Assembly: GCA_038087875.1 (NCBI GenBank)
Contig: JAXLNO010000110.1
Location: 434,001 to 498,000 of the forward strand
Direction of reading: 5' to 3'
Length of the DNA stretch: 64,000 nucleotides
Source: Malacoraja senta
Lineage: Eukaryota
Shown here: positions 1 to 11,965 of the stretch, piece after piece
Layout: each line of letters starts with the position of its first letter
How positions within the stretch are numbered: the first letter of the stretch is position 1
The notes under the pieces: model-generated
What the model was told of the DNA's origin: nothing
What the model saw: the letters and a program-made list of their open reading frames with translations, nothing else
Database searches by the model: none
Program-made: the position numbers and the translations under genes

Positions 1-139
1 ACACACACACACGTAAAACCCCGTACAACACCCATAGTCAGGATCAAACCCGGGCCTCTGGCTCTGGAAGGCAGCAACTATGGTTGATGTACGCAACAAG
101 CTGCTGGAGGAGGTAGTTGAGGCCGGTACTATCACAATG

Positions 140-760
140 TTCAAGGTCAAGTCAGGTTTATTCGTCACATACACATACGAGATGTGCAGTAAAATTTAAA
201 GTGGCAATGCTCGTGGACTTTGTGCAAAAAAACAAACAAACAAACTACAAACAGAATGGAACAGAATCACATATTACATATTTGTGGGAGGGAAGTAAAG
301 GAAAAAAACAGCAATGTTAAAAAGACACCACACAACAGTATAATGGTCCAGTAAAGTTAGTCCCTGGGGAGAGGAGTTTACAGTCCTAATGGTCTCTGGG
401 AAGAAACTCCTTCTCATCCTCTCCGTTCTTACAGCATGGCAATGGAGGCGTTTGCCTGACCGTAGCATCTGGACCAGTCCGTTGCTGGGGTGGAAGGGGT
501 CTCCCATAATCTTGTTGGCTCAGGAGTTGCACCTTCTGATGTATAGTTCCTGCAGAGGGGCGGGTGTAGTTCCCATAGGGCGTTCGGCCGAACGCACTAC
601 TCTCTGCAGAGCCTTCTTGTCCTGGGCAGAGCAGTTCCCAAACCAAATCGTGATGTTTCCGGACAAGATGCTTTCCACAGCCCCAGAGTAGAAGCACTGA
701 AGGATCCTCAGAGAGACTCTGAATTTCCTCAATTGCCTGAGGTGGTAAAGGCGCTGCCTA
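140..760 (-). mobile_element. Rex1/Babar-like LINE 3' fragment
   Basis: Frames read RQRLYHLRQLRKF...ESILSGNITIWFGNCS and LRSGKRL...RMRRSFFP, followed by a (CTTGA)n-type tail; boundaries approximate. Confidence 0.75.
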
Positions 761-782
761 TGCAGATAGAGTGGGTTTAGAC

Positions 783-969
783 CAGGGGTTCCCAACTTTT
801 TTCATTCCGTTTACCCCGGCAACTTTAATAGCACATAACAATGTTATTTCACTTATTTATGAACCGGAACCAAACACAGTCAGTCAATGAGAAAAAATGT
901 GTACAAATCCAGAAGCAACAAATTTACCCCCTGGGGTAAGTGAAATTTACCCCAGGTTGGGAATCCTTG
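783..969. mobile_element. hAT (Charlie-like) MITE
   Basis: TIR CAGGGGTTCCCAAC / GTTGGGAATCCTTG; 8-bp TSD gtttagac / gtttagag. Confidence 0.8.
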
Positions 970-1409
970 GTTTAGAGGGATATGGGCCAAAAGCAGGCAA
1001 GTGGGACCAGTGGAGATGGGGTATGTTGGTTGGCGTGGGCAAGTTGGGTCAGATGGTCTGTTTCCATGCTGAATGACTCTACCGCTGCACCACCCAAGCC
1101 CAGTCCAGTTAGGCCCGACCTTGGTTTGTTTATTTAGTTGAGTTTATTGTCATGTGTACTGAGGTACAGTGAAAAGCTTTTGTTGCGTGCTATCCAGTCA
1201 GCAGAAAGATAAATACATGATTACAATCAAGCCATTCACAGTGTGCAGATACACAACACATTTAATGCAAGATAAAGCCAGTAAAGTCCGATCAAAGATA
1301 GTCTGAGGGTCTCCATTGAGGTAGATAGTAATTCAGGACTGCTCTCTAGTTGTTGGTAGGATGGTTCAGGTGCCTCAGCGACCCAGTCGATGCAGCAAGA
1401 CCATGCTGT

Positions 1410-1919
1410 CGCACTGACTGGGCGCATCCTGGCCTGGTTCGGCAACTTGAACGTCCAGGAGCGGAAAAGACCGCAAAAAGTCGTGACCACTGCCCAGTCC
1501 ATCACCGGCTCTGACCTCCCCACCATTGAAGGGATCTATCGCAGTTGCTGCCTCAAAAAGGCAGCCAACATCATCAGAGACCCACACACCATCCTGGCCA
1601 CACACTCATTTCACCGTTGCCATCGGGAAGAAGGTACAGGAGCCTAACAACTGTAACGCCCAGGTTCAGGAAGAGCTACTTCTCCACAGCCATCAGGCTA
1701 TTAAACACAACAACAAATAAGCTCTGAACTGCAACAGACTATTATTATTATTGCACTATATTTATCTATTTATTGAGTATGTGTGCATGTGTGTACACAC
1801 ACACTGGACTTTTTTTCTCCCGTTATGTACTATGTTGACATATTCTGTTGTGCTGCAGCAAGCAAGAATTTCATTGTCCTATCTGGGACACATGACAATA
1901 AAACACTCTTGACTCTTGA
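1410..1919 (+). mobile_element. Rex1/Babar-like LINE 3' fragment
   Basis: ILAWFGNL...[20 protein letters not shown]...FRKSYF; tail ctcttgactcttga. Confidence 0.75.
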
Positions 1920-2057
1920 ATGCTGGAGTAACTCAGTGGGACAGGCAGCGTCTCTGGATAGAAGGAATGCGTGATGTTTCGGGTCGAGACCCTTCTTGAA
2001 GTCTGAAGAAGGGCCTCAACCCGACATGTCACCCACTCCTTCTCTCCAGAGACGCTG

Positions 2058-2230
2058 GTAGACAAAAGTGCTGGAGAAACTCAGCGGGTGCAGCAGCATC
2101 TATGGAGCGAAGGAAATAGGCAACGTTTCGGGCCAATTTCCTTCGCTCCATAGATGCTGCTGCACCCGCTGAGTTTCTCCAGCACTTTTGTCTACCTTCG
2201 ATTTTCCAGCATCTGCAGTTCCTTCTTAAA
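2058..2230 (+). mobile_element. Palindromic Penelope-derived short element nested in another copy
   Basis: Inverted arms plus ~35-nt tail; perfect 14-bp TSD ctccagagacgctg (2044-2057 / 2231-2244). Confidence 0.8.
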
Positions 2231-2664
2231 CTCCAGAGACGCTGTCTGTCCCGCTGAGTTACTCCAACATTTTGCGTCTATCTTCGGTGTAAACCAGCAT
2301 CTGCAGTTGCTTCCTCCACAGTGTTGCCGTGATCGGACTCGGCACTCGAGTCTGCGTACGGGGTCATGCACAAACCCTCAGCACCGTGACTGGAAACCCA
2401 CAAGCACGTCGACGCGCAGAGACGTTGACAATGTACTGCACACGCTCGACAAATCGGGCCCTTAGTGCTTCCAGCTGTCGGAGCTTTGAGGGAAATTGGA
2501 ACAAAATGAAATATGAACGAGTTGTGAAACCCAAATGGCATCTTCTGGATCGCGAGCTCTCGAGGCGAAATGGCAGCAGCTGGTAATGCTTACAGAAAGG
2601 AAACCACTGCCAAATTCAAAGAAGTACTTGTAATCCACACAACATGCCTGGGTTTGTCACTTAC

Positions 2665-2734
2665 CCAGCATCTTGTAGTCTCCCCTGGCCTTATTTGCTC
2701 TGACGAATGCCTGGATCTTAACCACTGCAGCAAT
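2665..2734 (-). CDS. IQGAP3: IQGAP3-like exon O (70 nt), IQ4: IAAVVKIQAFVRANKARGDYKML
   Basis: Acceptor ccgcag, donor gtaagt; KIQAFxRANKARxDY motif; phase 0 to 1. Confidence 0.94.
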
Positions 2735-4179
2735 CTGCGGGATCGCAAGAAATTGAGTTGTTAGATTATGCAGGGAACCACATGACTGGGAGCGCAGGCA
2801 AGCTCTGCCAGGCCTACAAGTGGAACAGGTCGCACTTGCTGATGGAAATGGTGGGACAAAAAGGCTTGCACACTTTGATGTGTAGGAAGGGGCCACAGAT
2901 GCTGGTTTCAACTGAAGATAGACACAAAATGCTGGAGTAATTCACCGGGACAGGCAGCAAGCATCTCAGGAGAGAAGGAAGCCCATTCCTTCTCTCCAGA
3001 GATGCTGCCCCACCCGCTGAGTTACTCCAGCATTTTGTACATACCTTCGATTTTACCAGCATTTACAGTTCTTTCTTACTGACTTTAAGCATCTCTGGAG
3101 AAATGGAAAAGGTGACGTTCCAGGTCAGGACCCTTCTTCAGGGGGGAGGGGGGGGAAGGGAGCGAGAGATATCGACAGTGATGTAGAGAGATTATAGAAC
3201 AAAGAAATGAAAGATATGCAAAAACGTAAAGATGAAAAAGGAAACTGGCCAGTGTTAGCTGTTTGCTGGGTGAGAACGAGTATTTTGATCTTGTTCATCT
3301 AAGCCTTCCTAGAAAAGTACAATCACCAGTTCATTAAACCCTCGCAATAACAGACCTCCATATAGCAGATTTCAGTTATAGCGGACACAGGGAGAACGTG
3401 CAAACTTCGTACAGTCAGGATCGAACCCGGGTCTCTGGCGCTGTAAGGCTGCAGCTCTTCCGCGGTTTGTAGTTTAACTCCCCTTCCCCTTCCCATACTG
3501 GCCTGGGCCTCCACCATTGCCAGAGTGAGGCTACCTGCAAACTGGAGGAACAGCACCTCGTATTCCACTTGGGTACAGCTTACAACCCAACGGTATCAAC
3601 ACTGAATTAGATGACCTCTAACAAACACCTCCTCCCCAGCACCCACCCCTCTTTCTTCCCCCACCTGAACTCGCTCCTTATTTCTCTCGTCTCCCTCATC
3701 CTTCATTCCTTCCTCTGGCTTCACAATTTGGGACTTCAATCCATTTGTCCCACACCTTCTGCTTCAATCTCTGGCCTTTGTTTCAACTACCTGCCTGTCA
3801 ACCCCCCCCCCCCCTCCCACACACACACATACACAATCAGTCTGAAGAATTCTCCTGCAGAAGGGTCTGAAGAAGGGTCTCGACCCGAAACCCATTCCTT
3901 CTCTCCGGAGATTCCTTCTCTCCTGACCCGCTGAGTTACTCCAGCATTTTGTGCCTACCCATTCTCCTGCCTTCTCCCCACAACCCCCGACACCCGTACT
4001 AATCAAGAATCTATCAATCTTGATATCATCTTGATATCTCACAGCTACTCCTTCCACCTCTTTGAGCTTTCAAGGAAATAGGATCAAAATAAAATACTAG
4101 TTTTGAACCCCAAAAGGCGCGCTCCTTCGATAGAACTGAAATGGTCAAATGTTCATCAGTGTCTTTCTTTCTTGCACAT

Positions 4180-5327
4180 TAGAGTCATAGAGTGGTACAG
4201 CGTGAAAACAGGCCCTTCGGCCCAACTCGCCAACACCAGCCAACATGTCCCAGCTACAGTAGTCCACCCGCCTGTGTTGGCTCATACCCCTCTAAACCTG
4301 TTCTATCCATGTACCCGTCTAATTGTTTCTTAAATGTTGCGATAATCCCCGCTTCAGCAACCTCCTCTGGCAGCTCGTTCCATACACCCACCACCCTTTG
4401 TGTGAAAAAGTTACCCTTCAGATCCCTATTAAATCTTTTCCCCTTCCCCTGGTCCTCGATTCCCTATTCTAGGTAAGAGACTCGGAGTACCTGATCTATT
4501 CCTCTCATGATTTTGTACACCGTAATAAGATCACCCCTCATCCTCCTGCGCTCCAAGGAGTCCCAGTCTGCTCAACCTCTCCCTGTAGCTCAGACCCTCT
4601 AGTCCTGGCAACATCCTCGTAAATCCTCTCAGTGCCATTTCCAGCTTGACAACATCTTTCCCACAACATGGTGCCCAGAACTAAACACAATACTCTTAAT
4701 GCGGCCTCATCAACATCTTATATACAACTGCAACATGACCTCCCAACTTCTATACTCAACACTCTGACCGATGAAGGCCAATGTGCCGGAAGCCTTTTTG
4801 ACCACCCTATCTACCTGCGATTCCACCTTCAAGGAACCATGCACCTGCACTCCTAGATCCCTCTGCTCTACAACACTCCCCAGAATCCTACCATTCACTG
4901 TGTGGGTCCTGCCCTTGTTAGATGTCCTAAAATGCAACACCTCACATTTCACTGTGTTAAATTCATCAACTATTCCTCAGCCCACCTGGACAACTGATCC
5001 AGATCCTGCTGCAATCTTTCACAACCATCTTCACTATCTGCAAAACCACCCACTTTTGTATCATCGGCAAACTTGCTAATCTTGCCCTGTATGTTCTCAT
5101 CCAAATCATTGATGTAGATGACAAACAGTAACGGGCCCAGCACCGAACCCTGAGGCACACCACTAGTCACAGGCATCCAGTCTGAGATGCAACCTTCCAC
5201 CATCACCCTCTGCTTCCTTCCATGAAACCAATTTGCTATCCATTCAGCTTTCTCTCCTTGGGTCCCATGTGATTTAACCTTCCAGAGCAGCCTAGCATGT
5301 GAAACCTTGTTGAATACTTTGCACAAG
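4180..5327 (-). mobile_element. CR1 (HER1-like) LINE RT and 3' end
   Basis: SGVPQGSVLGPLLFVIYINDLD...SKFADDTK; CR1 3' UTR. Confidence 0.88.
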
Positions 5328-5474
5328 ATAGACACAAAATGCAGGAGTAACTCAGCGGGGCAGGCAGCATCTCTGGCTGATGTTCTTCAGACTTTGCAGG
5401 TTCATATACACAACATCTACAGCTCTGCCCTCATCAAACGTCTTTGACACATCTTCATGTTGATCAGGACTTAC

Positions 5475-5546
5475 GTTCCTCTTGAAGTACTGAAGCCTTG
5501 CCTTGTACCTCCTCCGTGCCTGCCACATTCTCACCCACGACTGGAT
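5475..5546 (-). CDS. IQGAP3: IQGAP3-like exon N (72 nt), IQ3: IQSWVRMWQARRRYKARLQYFKRN
   Basis: Acceptor tgccag, donor gtaagt; IQ motif; phase 0 to 0. Confidence 0.94.
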
Positions 5547-6074
5547 CTGGCAACGGTTAAAGCAAAGAAGGCAATTATCAAGAAGGCACAAGCAATGTTA
5601 ACATTCATTTTGAGAGGACAATGATATACAATATATGAAGAAGGGTCTCGACCCCAAACTTCACCCATTCCTTCTCGCCAGAGATGCTGCCTGTCCTGCT
5701 GACTTACTCCAGCATTTTGTGTCTATCTTCGGCTTAAACCAGCATCTGCAGTTCCTTCCTGCACAGTTTATCAAATGGTCGGACCATTGTGGGAATATTG
5801 TGATGATAGACACAAAATGCTGGAGTAACTCAGTGAGTCAGGCAGCATCTCTTAGAAAGAATAGTTGATGCTTCAGGTCTGTGCCCTTCTTCAGGCTGAT
5901 TGTGGTGGTGCGGGGGGGGGGGGGGGTGGGGGGGAAGGAGAGATGGAAGAGAGGAAGAGGAAGGCATATTATATTGATCAGTTTTGGGTCCCATATCTGA
6001 GGAAGGATGTGCTGGCATCAAACAAGATCCCAAGAAGGTTTACGGGAATTATCCCAGGGATGATTGGGTTAATG

Positions 6075-6575
6075 CAGCATTTCTCAACCCTTTTACCCTT
6101 GCGGATCCCTTGATATAATTTTCACGTCTCAGAGAACCCCTTACATAAAAATTATTATATATCTTTATTAATCTCTTTCTTTCTCTTTCATAAACTGAAA
6201 GTCCATAAGGAGAATATAATATATTTTTCTAATAACTGGTTTAAGCAAAAAAAAAAAAAACGTACGTTTTTCTAAAGTTTATTAACAAAGCAAAAAAAAT
6301 TACGATATGAAATTAAACACAATAATGACTCAAAAATGCATTTACGTGTGATTAAAGATAGACAGAAAATGCTGGAGTAACTCAGCGGGTGAGGCAGCAT
6401 TTATGAAGAGAAGGAATGGGCGACGTTTCGGGTCGAGACCCTTCTGCAGACTGATGTCAGGGGAGGGGGCGGGACAAAAAAAGTAATAAGAAAAGATTAA
6501 TAATATTTCTCTCGGAGCCCCTAGCGACCGCTCGCGGAACCCTAGCGCTCCGGGGAACCCCGGTGAGAAACGCTG
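6075..6575. mobile_element. hAT MITE inserted in a CR1 fragment, with a nested Penelope-derived fragment (~6355-6480)
   Basis: TIR CAGCATTTCTCAACC / CGGTGAGAAACGCTG; perfect 8-bp TSD ggttaatg. Confidence 0.82.
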
Positions 6576-7916
6576 GGTTAATGCATGAGGAGTGTGTGAT
6601 GGCACTGGGTCTGTACTCGCTGGAGATTAGAAGGTTGAGAGGAGATCTCATTGAAACGCATCGAATAATGAAAAGGCCTGGATAGAGTGGATGTGGAGAG
6701 GATGTCTCCACTAGTGGGAGAGTCTATAACCAGAGGGCACAGCCTCCGAATTTAAGAATGCATCTTTAGAATGGAGGTGAGGAGGAATTTCTTTAGTCAG
6801 AGGGTGGTGAATCTGTGGAATTCATTGCCACTGATGGCTGAAGAGGCCAAGCCATTGGGTATTTTTGAAGCAGAGATTGATAGGTTCTTAATTAGTACGG
6901 GTACCAAAAGTTATGGGGAGAGGACATGAGAATGGAGATGAGGGGGAAACATAGATCAGCCATGATCGAATGGCGGAGCAGGCTCGATGGGCCGAATGGA
7001 CTCATTCTGCTCCAACGACCAGCAATCCCCGCACACTAACACTATCCTACCATCACTAGTGACAATTTACCAATCCAATCAGCCTACAGATCTGTACGCC
7101 TTTAGAGTGTGGGAGGAAACCGGAGCACCTGGGAAAACCCACGCAGGTCACGGGGAGAACGTGCAAACTCCGTACAGACAGCAAACTCTGGCGCTGTGAG
7201 GCAGCAGCTCTACCCGCTGCGTCACCGTGCCGCCCATGTGTCAGAGCAGCCGACACTGAATACCTACGTTCCCCACCGCCCCACACGTCCGTTCCTCATC
7301 TCCCTCAAACCTCCGCTCCCCATCCCAACGAGGAATGAGAGCTACTCATCGCACCCAACCTCTGCCTGGATGCGGTGAATTGTCCCTGGTTTCAATCTTG
7401 TCCGAGGAGCCCAGCAACACAGAGTTGCAACAAACCACTGGAGATGCTTTGGAATAATCATGATGGTCATCGCACCAGACTGTCGCTTTAATAGGATGAG
7501 GGGGGATCTTATAGAAATATATACAATTATAAATGGACCGGACAAGCTAAATGCAGGAAAAGTGTTCCCAATGTTGGGCGAGTCCAGAACCAGGGGCCAC
7601 AGTCTTAGAATAAAGGGGAGGCCATTTAGGTGAGAAAAAACGTTTTCACCCAGAGAGTTGTGAGTTTGTGGAATTCCTGCCACAGAGGGCAGTGGAGGCC
7701 AAATCACTGGATGGATTTAAGAGAGAATTAGATGGAGCTCCAGGGGCTAGTGGAGTCAAGGGATATGGGGAGAAGACAGGCACGAGTTATTAATTGGGGA
7801 CGATCGGCCATGATTACAATGAATGGCGGTGCTGGCTCGAAGGGCCGAATGGCCTCCTCCTGCACCTATTTTCTATGGTTCTTGGCACAAAGTGACCGTA
7901 ACCAAGCACACTGTAC

Positions 7917-8000
7917 CTTAATTACGTATGCTGTGTTGTCGTGAAGGTGGTGGAGTCTCGTCTGGTAATCCCTCCTTTGTCTGCAACCTCTCCAGTGTGA
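7917..8000 (-). CDS. IQGAP3: IQGAP3-like exon M (84 nt), IQ2: SHWRGCRQRRDYQTRLHHLHDNTAYVIK
   Basis: Acceptor tttttcag, donor gtacag; not in the ORF track; phase 0 to 0. Confidence 0.92.
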
Positions 8001-8082
8001 CTGAAAAATAAAAAGAGCTGATAACTTCCTGCCTCATACACATCGCATCACAGGAGTACAATTTATAAAGCTGCTCACAAGA

Positions 8083-8380
8083 GCGGCACAGCGGTAGAGT
8101 TGCTGCCTCACAGCGCCAGAGACCAGGGTTTAATCCTGACTACGGGTGCTGTCTGCACGGAGTTTGCACTTTCTCCCCGTGACCTGCGTGGGTTTTCTCC
8201 GGGAGCTCCGGTTTCCTCCCCACACTCCAAAGACGGACAGGTTTGCAGGTTGATTGGCTTGGTATAAATGTAAATTGTCCCTAGTGTGTGTAGGATAGTG
8301 TTAATGTGCGGGGATTGCTGCTCGGTGCGGACTCGGTGGGCCGAAGGGCCTGTTTCCGCTCTGTATCTTTAAACTAAACT
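8083..8380 (+). mobile_element. tRNA-derived V-SINE (HE1-like), representative copy; roughly 20 further copies or fragments on both strands (e.g. 9328-9613+, 12222-12490+, 24660-24962-, 25424-25715+, 27060-27358-, 40425-40737-, 44007-44300+, 55488-55785-, 59183-59480+)
   Basis: tRNA-like head (A/B boxes), V-domain GGAGTTTGCACGTTCTCCCCGTG...GGTTTCCTCCCACACTCCAAAGAC, 3' tail gggccgaagggcctgtttcc shared with CR1 copies in this window, (taaac)n end. Confidence 0.85.
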
Positions 8381-8882
8381 TGTTACTTTGGGCAATTAAA
8401 TGCAGCAAAGGAAGAATGGCGAATAATTTAATATTCCAACAGCAACTGGAAGTTTTAGGTTTATTATTGTCACGTGTACCGAGGTAGAGTGAAAAGCTTT
8501 CTTCTGCATGCTTTCCCATCACATCATATAATATTATACATAAATACAATCAGGTTAAACTCCACAATAGTTCGAGCAAAGGGGAAGATACAGAGAGCAG
8601 AATATAGTTCTCAGCATTGTAGAGCTTCAGCTCCAGAGACCAATGTCCGCAATGAGTTAGAAGTGAATCGGACAGTACCCTAGCTTATGGAAGGGCCGTT
8701 CAAAAGCCTGATAACAGAGGGGAAGAAGCTGTTCCTGAGTGTGGTGGTGCGAGCCTTCAAGCTTCTGTACCTTCTGCCGGACGGGAGCGGGGAGAAGAAG
8801 GAATGACCAGGGTGGGACAGGGACAAGTCTTTGATTATGTTGTCTGCTTTCCCGAGGCAGCGTGAAGTGGAGATGGAGTCGA

Positions 8883-9152
8883 TGGTGGGGAGTGTGGTCT
8901 GTGTGACGGACTGGGTTACATCTACAATGGTGGGGAGTGTGGTCTGTGTGATGGACTGGGTTACATCTACAATGGTGGGGAGTGTGGTCTGTGTGACGGA
9001 CTGGGCTACATCTACAATGGTGGGGAGTGTGGTCTGTGTGATGGACTGGGCTACATCTACAATGGTGGGGAGTGTGGTCTGTGTGACGGACTGGGCTACA
9101 TCTACAATGGTGGGGAGTGTGGTCTGTGTGACGGACTGGGCTACCTCCACAA
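8883..9152. repeat. 45-bp tandem repeat (~6 copies) inside a minus-strand Rex1/Babar fragment (~8450-9165)
   Basis: Unit tggtggggagtgtggtctgtgtgacggactgggytacatctacaa; translates as repeated VTQTTLPTIVDVAQS. Confidence 0.92.
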
Positions 9153-11382
9153 CTCTGCAATTTCTTGTGAAAGGATCTAATGGCCAGGAGTTAAAGGAGC
9201 TTGTTAGCACTGAAGCCACATCCACTGGTACAATGCTTCATGTTTTAAGGGACAGGCAGCTCTGATTAACAATGTCCTTCATCTTTGCCATAAAAACCTG
9301 ACAGAGTTTTGTTACGTCGGGGGGGGGGGCACGGTGACATAGCAGTAGAGCCACTACCTCCCAGCGCCAGAGACCCCGGGTTCGATCCTGACTACTGGTG
9401 CTGTATGTACAGAGTTTTTACATTCTCCCCGTGACCTGCGTGGGTTTTCTCCGAGATCTTCGGTTTCCTTCCACACTACGTTGACGTACAGGTTTGTAGG
9501 TTAATTGGCTTGGGTATAATTGTAAATGTAAAATTGTCCCTGATGTGTGTAGGGTGGTGTAAGTGTGCGGGGATCGCCGGTGGGCCGAAGGTCTGTATAT
9601 CTAAACTAAACTGAGTTCTTGCTCCAGGACAGTACACAACTCTGAAGGCGGCCATTTGGCTCCTGATGCCTGCTCTTTGAAAGAGTTACTGAATTATTCC
9701 CCAAGGGCTTCCTTCACTATTCTTCACAAATATTCATCCATTTGAAAGTAATATCGGAAATTGCTTAGAAAAAAATAGACACAGTACTGGAGTAACTCAG
9801 CAGGTCAGCCAGCATCGACACAAAGTGCTGGAAGAACCTCAGTAGGTCAGGCTGTATCTGTGGAGGACACGGATAGGTGACCTCTTGGCCTGAATTGCAT
9901 CCACTATTGTTCTGGGCAATGAGCTGCAGAGAACAAAATGCATGCTGAGTTTCGTTCTGTCCTCTAGATCTGGATATATTCCTCTAGATCCTTGCTTTCT
10001 TAAACCAGAGCGAATGTACCTGATTGACATTTAACAATAGACAATAGGTGCAGGAGTAGGCCATTCGTCCCTTCGAGCCAGCACCGCCATTCAATATGAT
10101 CATGGCTGATCATCCCCAATCAGTACCCCCGTACCTGCCTTCTCCCCATATCCCCTGACTCCGCTATTTTTAAGAGCCCTATCTTGCTCTCTCTTGAAAG
10201 CATCCAGAGGAGCGGCCCCCACCACCCTCTGAGGCAGAGAATTCCACAGACTCACCACTCTCTGTGAGAAAAAGTGTTTCCTCGTCTCCGTTCTAAATGG
10301 CTTACCTCCTTATTCTTAAACTGTGGCCCCTGGTTCTGGACTCTCCCAACATGAGGAACATGTTCCTGCCTCTAGCGTGTCCAAACCCTTAACAATCTTA
10401 TATGTTTCAATGAGGTACCCTCTCATCCTTCTAAACTCCAGAGTGTAACAAGCCCAGCTGCTCCATTCTCTCAGCATATGACAGGCCCGCCATCCCGGAA
10501 AATAACATGTACATTGACATTGGATCTTCAGGCTAACAGAATCAAAGGATATGCAGAGAAAGCAGGAAAGTGGAACTGGTTTTGGATGATCGGCCATGAT
10601 CATATTGGATGGCAATGCTGGCTCGAAGGGCCGATTGGCCTACTCCTGCACTAATTTTCTATGTTTCTATGTTAACGGTAATGCTAATGTTAATCCCCAC
10701 TCCGACAATCCAGAAACTCAGTGGCTGGGGAGCCAGGGAATCTTGTGGTGTAACTCTCCCTGACAACCTCACAATCCAATGTTCCTCGCATCCTGACCTG
10801 AAACGCCCCCTATCCATGTTCTCCAGAAAATGTTGTCTGTCCCGCTGAGTTAATTCAGCACTTTGCGTCCCCACAATCCATAATACTGCAATGTGCATAT
10901 GTTTGATAATGCAGAATTAATAATAATAATAATAATAGATTTTATTTTAAGGGCGCCTAAATTAGGCCATTCGGCCCATCAATCTACTCCGTCATTCAAT
11001 CATGGCTGATCTATCTTTCCCTATCAACCCCATTCGCCTGTATTCTCCCCATAACCCCATGACAAACGTGCTAATCAAGAATCTACCAATCTCCCGCCTT
11101 AAAAATATCCACTGACTTGGCCCCCACAGCCTTCTGTGGCAATGAATTCCACAGATTCACCACCCTCTGTCTAAAGAAACTCCTCCTCATCTCCTTTGAA
11201 GGCAAGTCCTTTTATTCTGAGGCTACGGCCTCTGGTCCCAGACTCTCTCACTAACGTTTGTATTGTCTACAGAAGTAGTAATCACATCCCCTAAAATTTT
11301 CATCCCAATCTTACAGACAACAGAGGTCCCAGCACAGATTCCACCAGAACTATAGGGCCCTAGTGAGACCACAAGGCCCGGT

Positions 11383-11965
11383 GTTGTACAGGGCCCTGGT
11401 GAGGCCACACCTGGAGTATTGTGTGCAGTTTTGGTCTCCCAATTTGAGGAAGGACGTTCTTGTTATTGAGTGAGTGCAGCGTAGGTTCACCAGGTTAATT
11501 CCCGGGATGGCGGGACTGTCATATGTTGAGAGAATGGAGCGGCTGGGCTTGTATACTCTGGAATTTAGAAGGATGAGAGGGCATCTTATTGAAACATATA
11601 AGATTATTAAGGGTTTGGATACACTAGAGGCAGGTAACATGTTCCCAATGTTGGGGGAGTCCAGGACCAGGGGCCACAGTTTAAGATTAAGTGGTAAGCC
11701 ATTTAGAACGGAGTTGAGGAAAAACCTTTTCACACAGAGAGTTGTGAGTCTGTGGAATTCTCTGCCCCAGAGGGAATGGAGGCCGGTTCACTAGATGCTT
11801 TCAAGTGAGAGCCAGACAGAGCTCTTAAAGATAGTGGAGTCAAGGGATATGGGGAGAAAAGCAGGAACGGGGTACTGATTGTGGATGATCAGCCATGATC
11901 ACATTGAAATGGTGTTGCTGGCTCGAGGGGCCGAATGGCCTACTCCTGCACCTATTGTCTATTGC
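11383..11965 (+). mobile_element. CR1 LINE 3' fragment (one of many near-identical copies, e.g. 10027-10500-, 16487-17000+, 19719-20171+, 43020-43573+)
   Basis: QRRFTRLIPGMAGLSY...TRGHSL...VVSLWNSLP; tail (ctattgt)n. Confidence 0.88.

Noticed and set aside
8083..8150. tRNA genes at SINE heads
   Set aside because: The tRNA-like boxes continue into the V-domain and CR1-like tail, so these are SINEs, not tRNAs.
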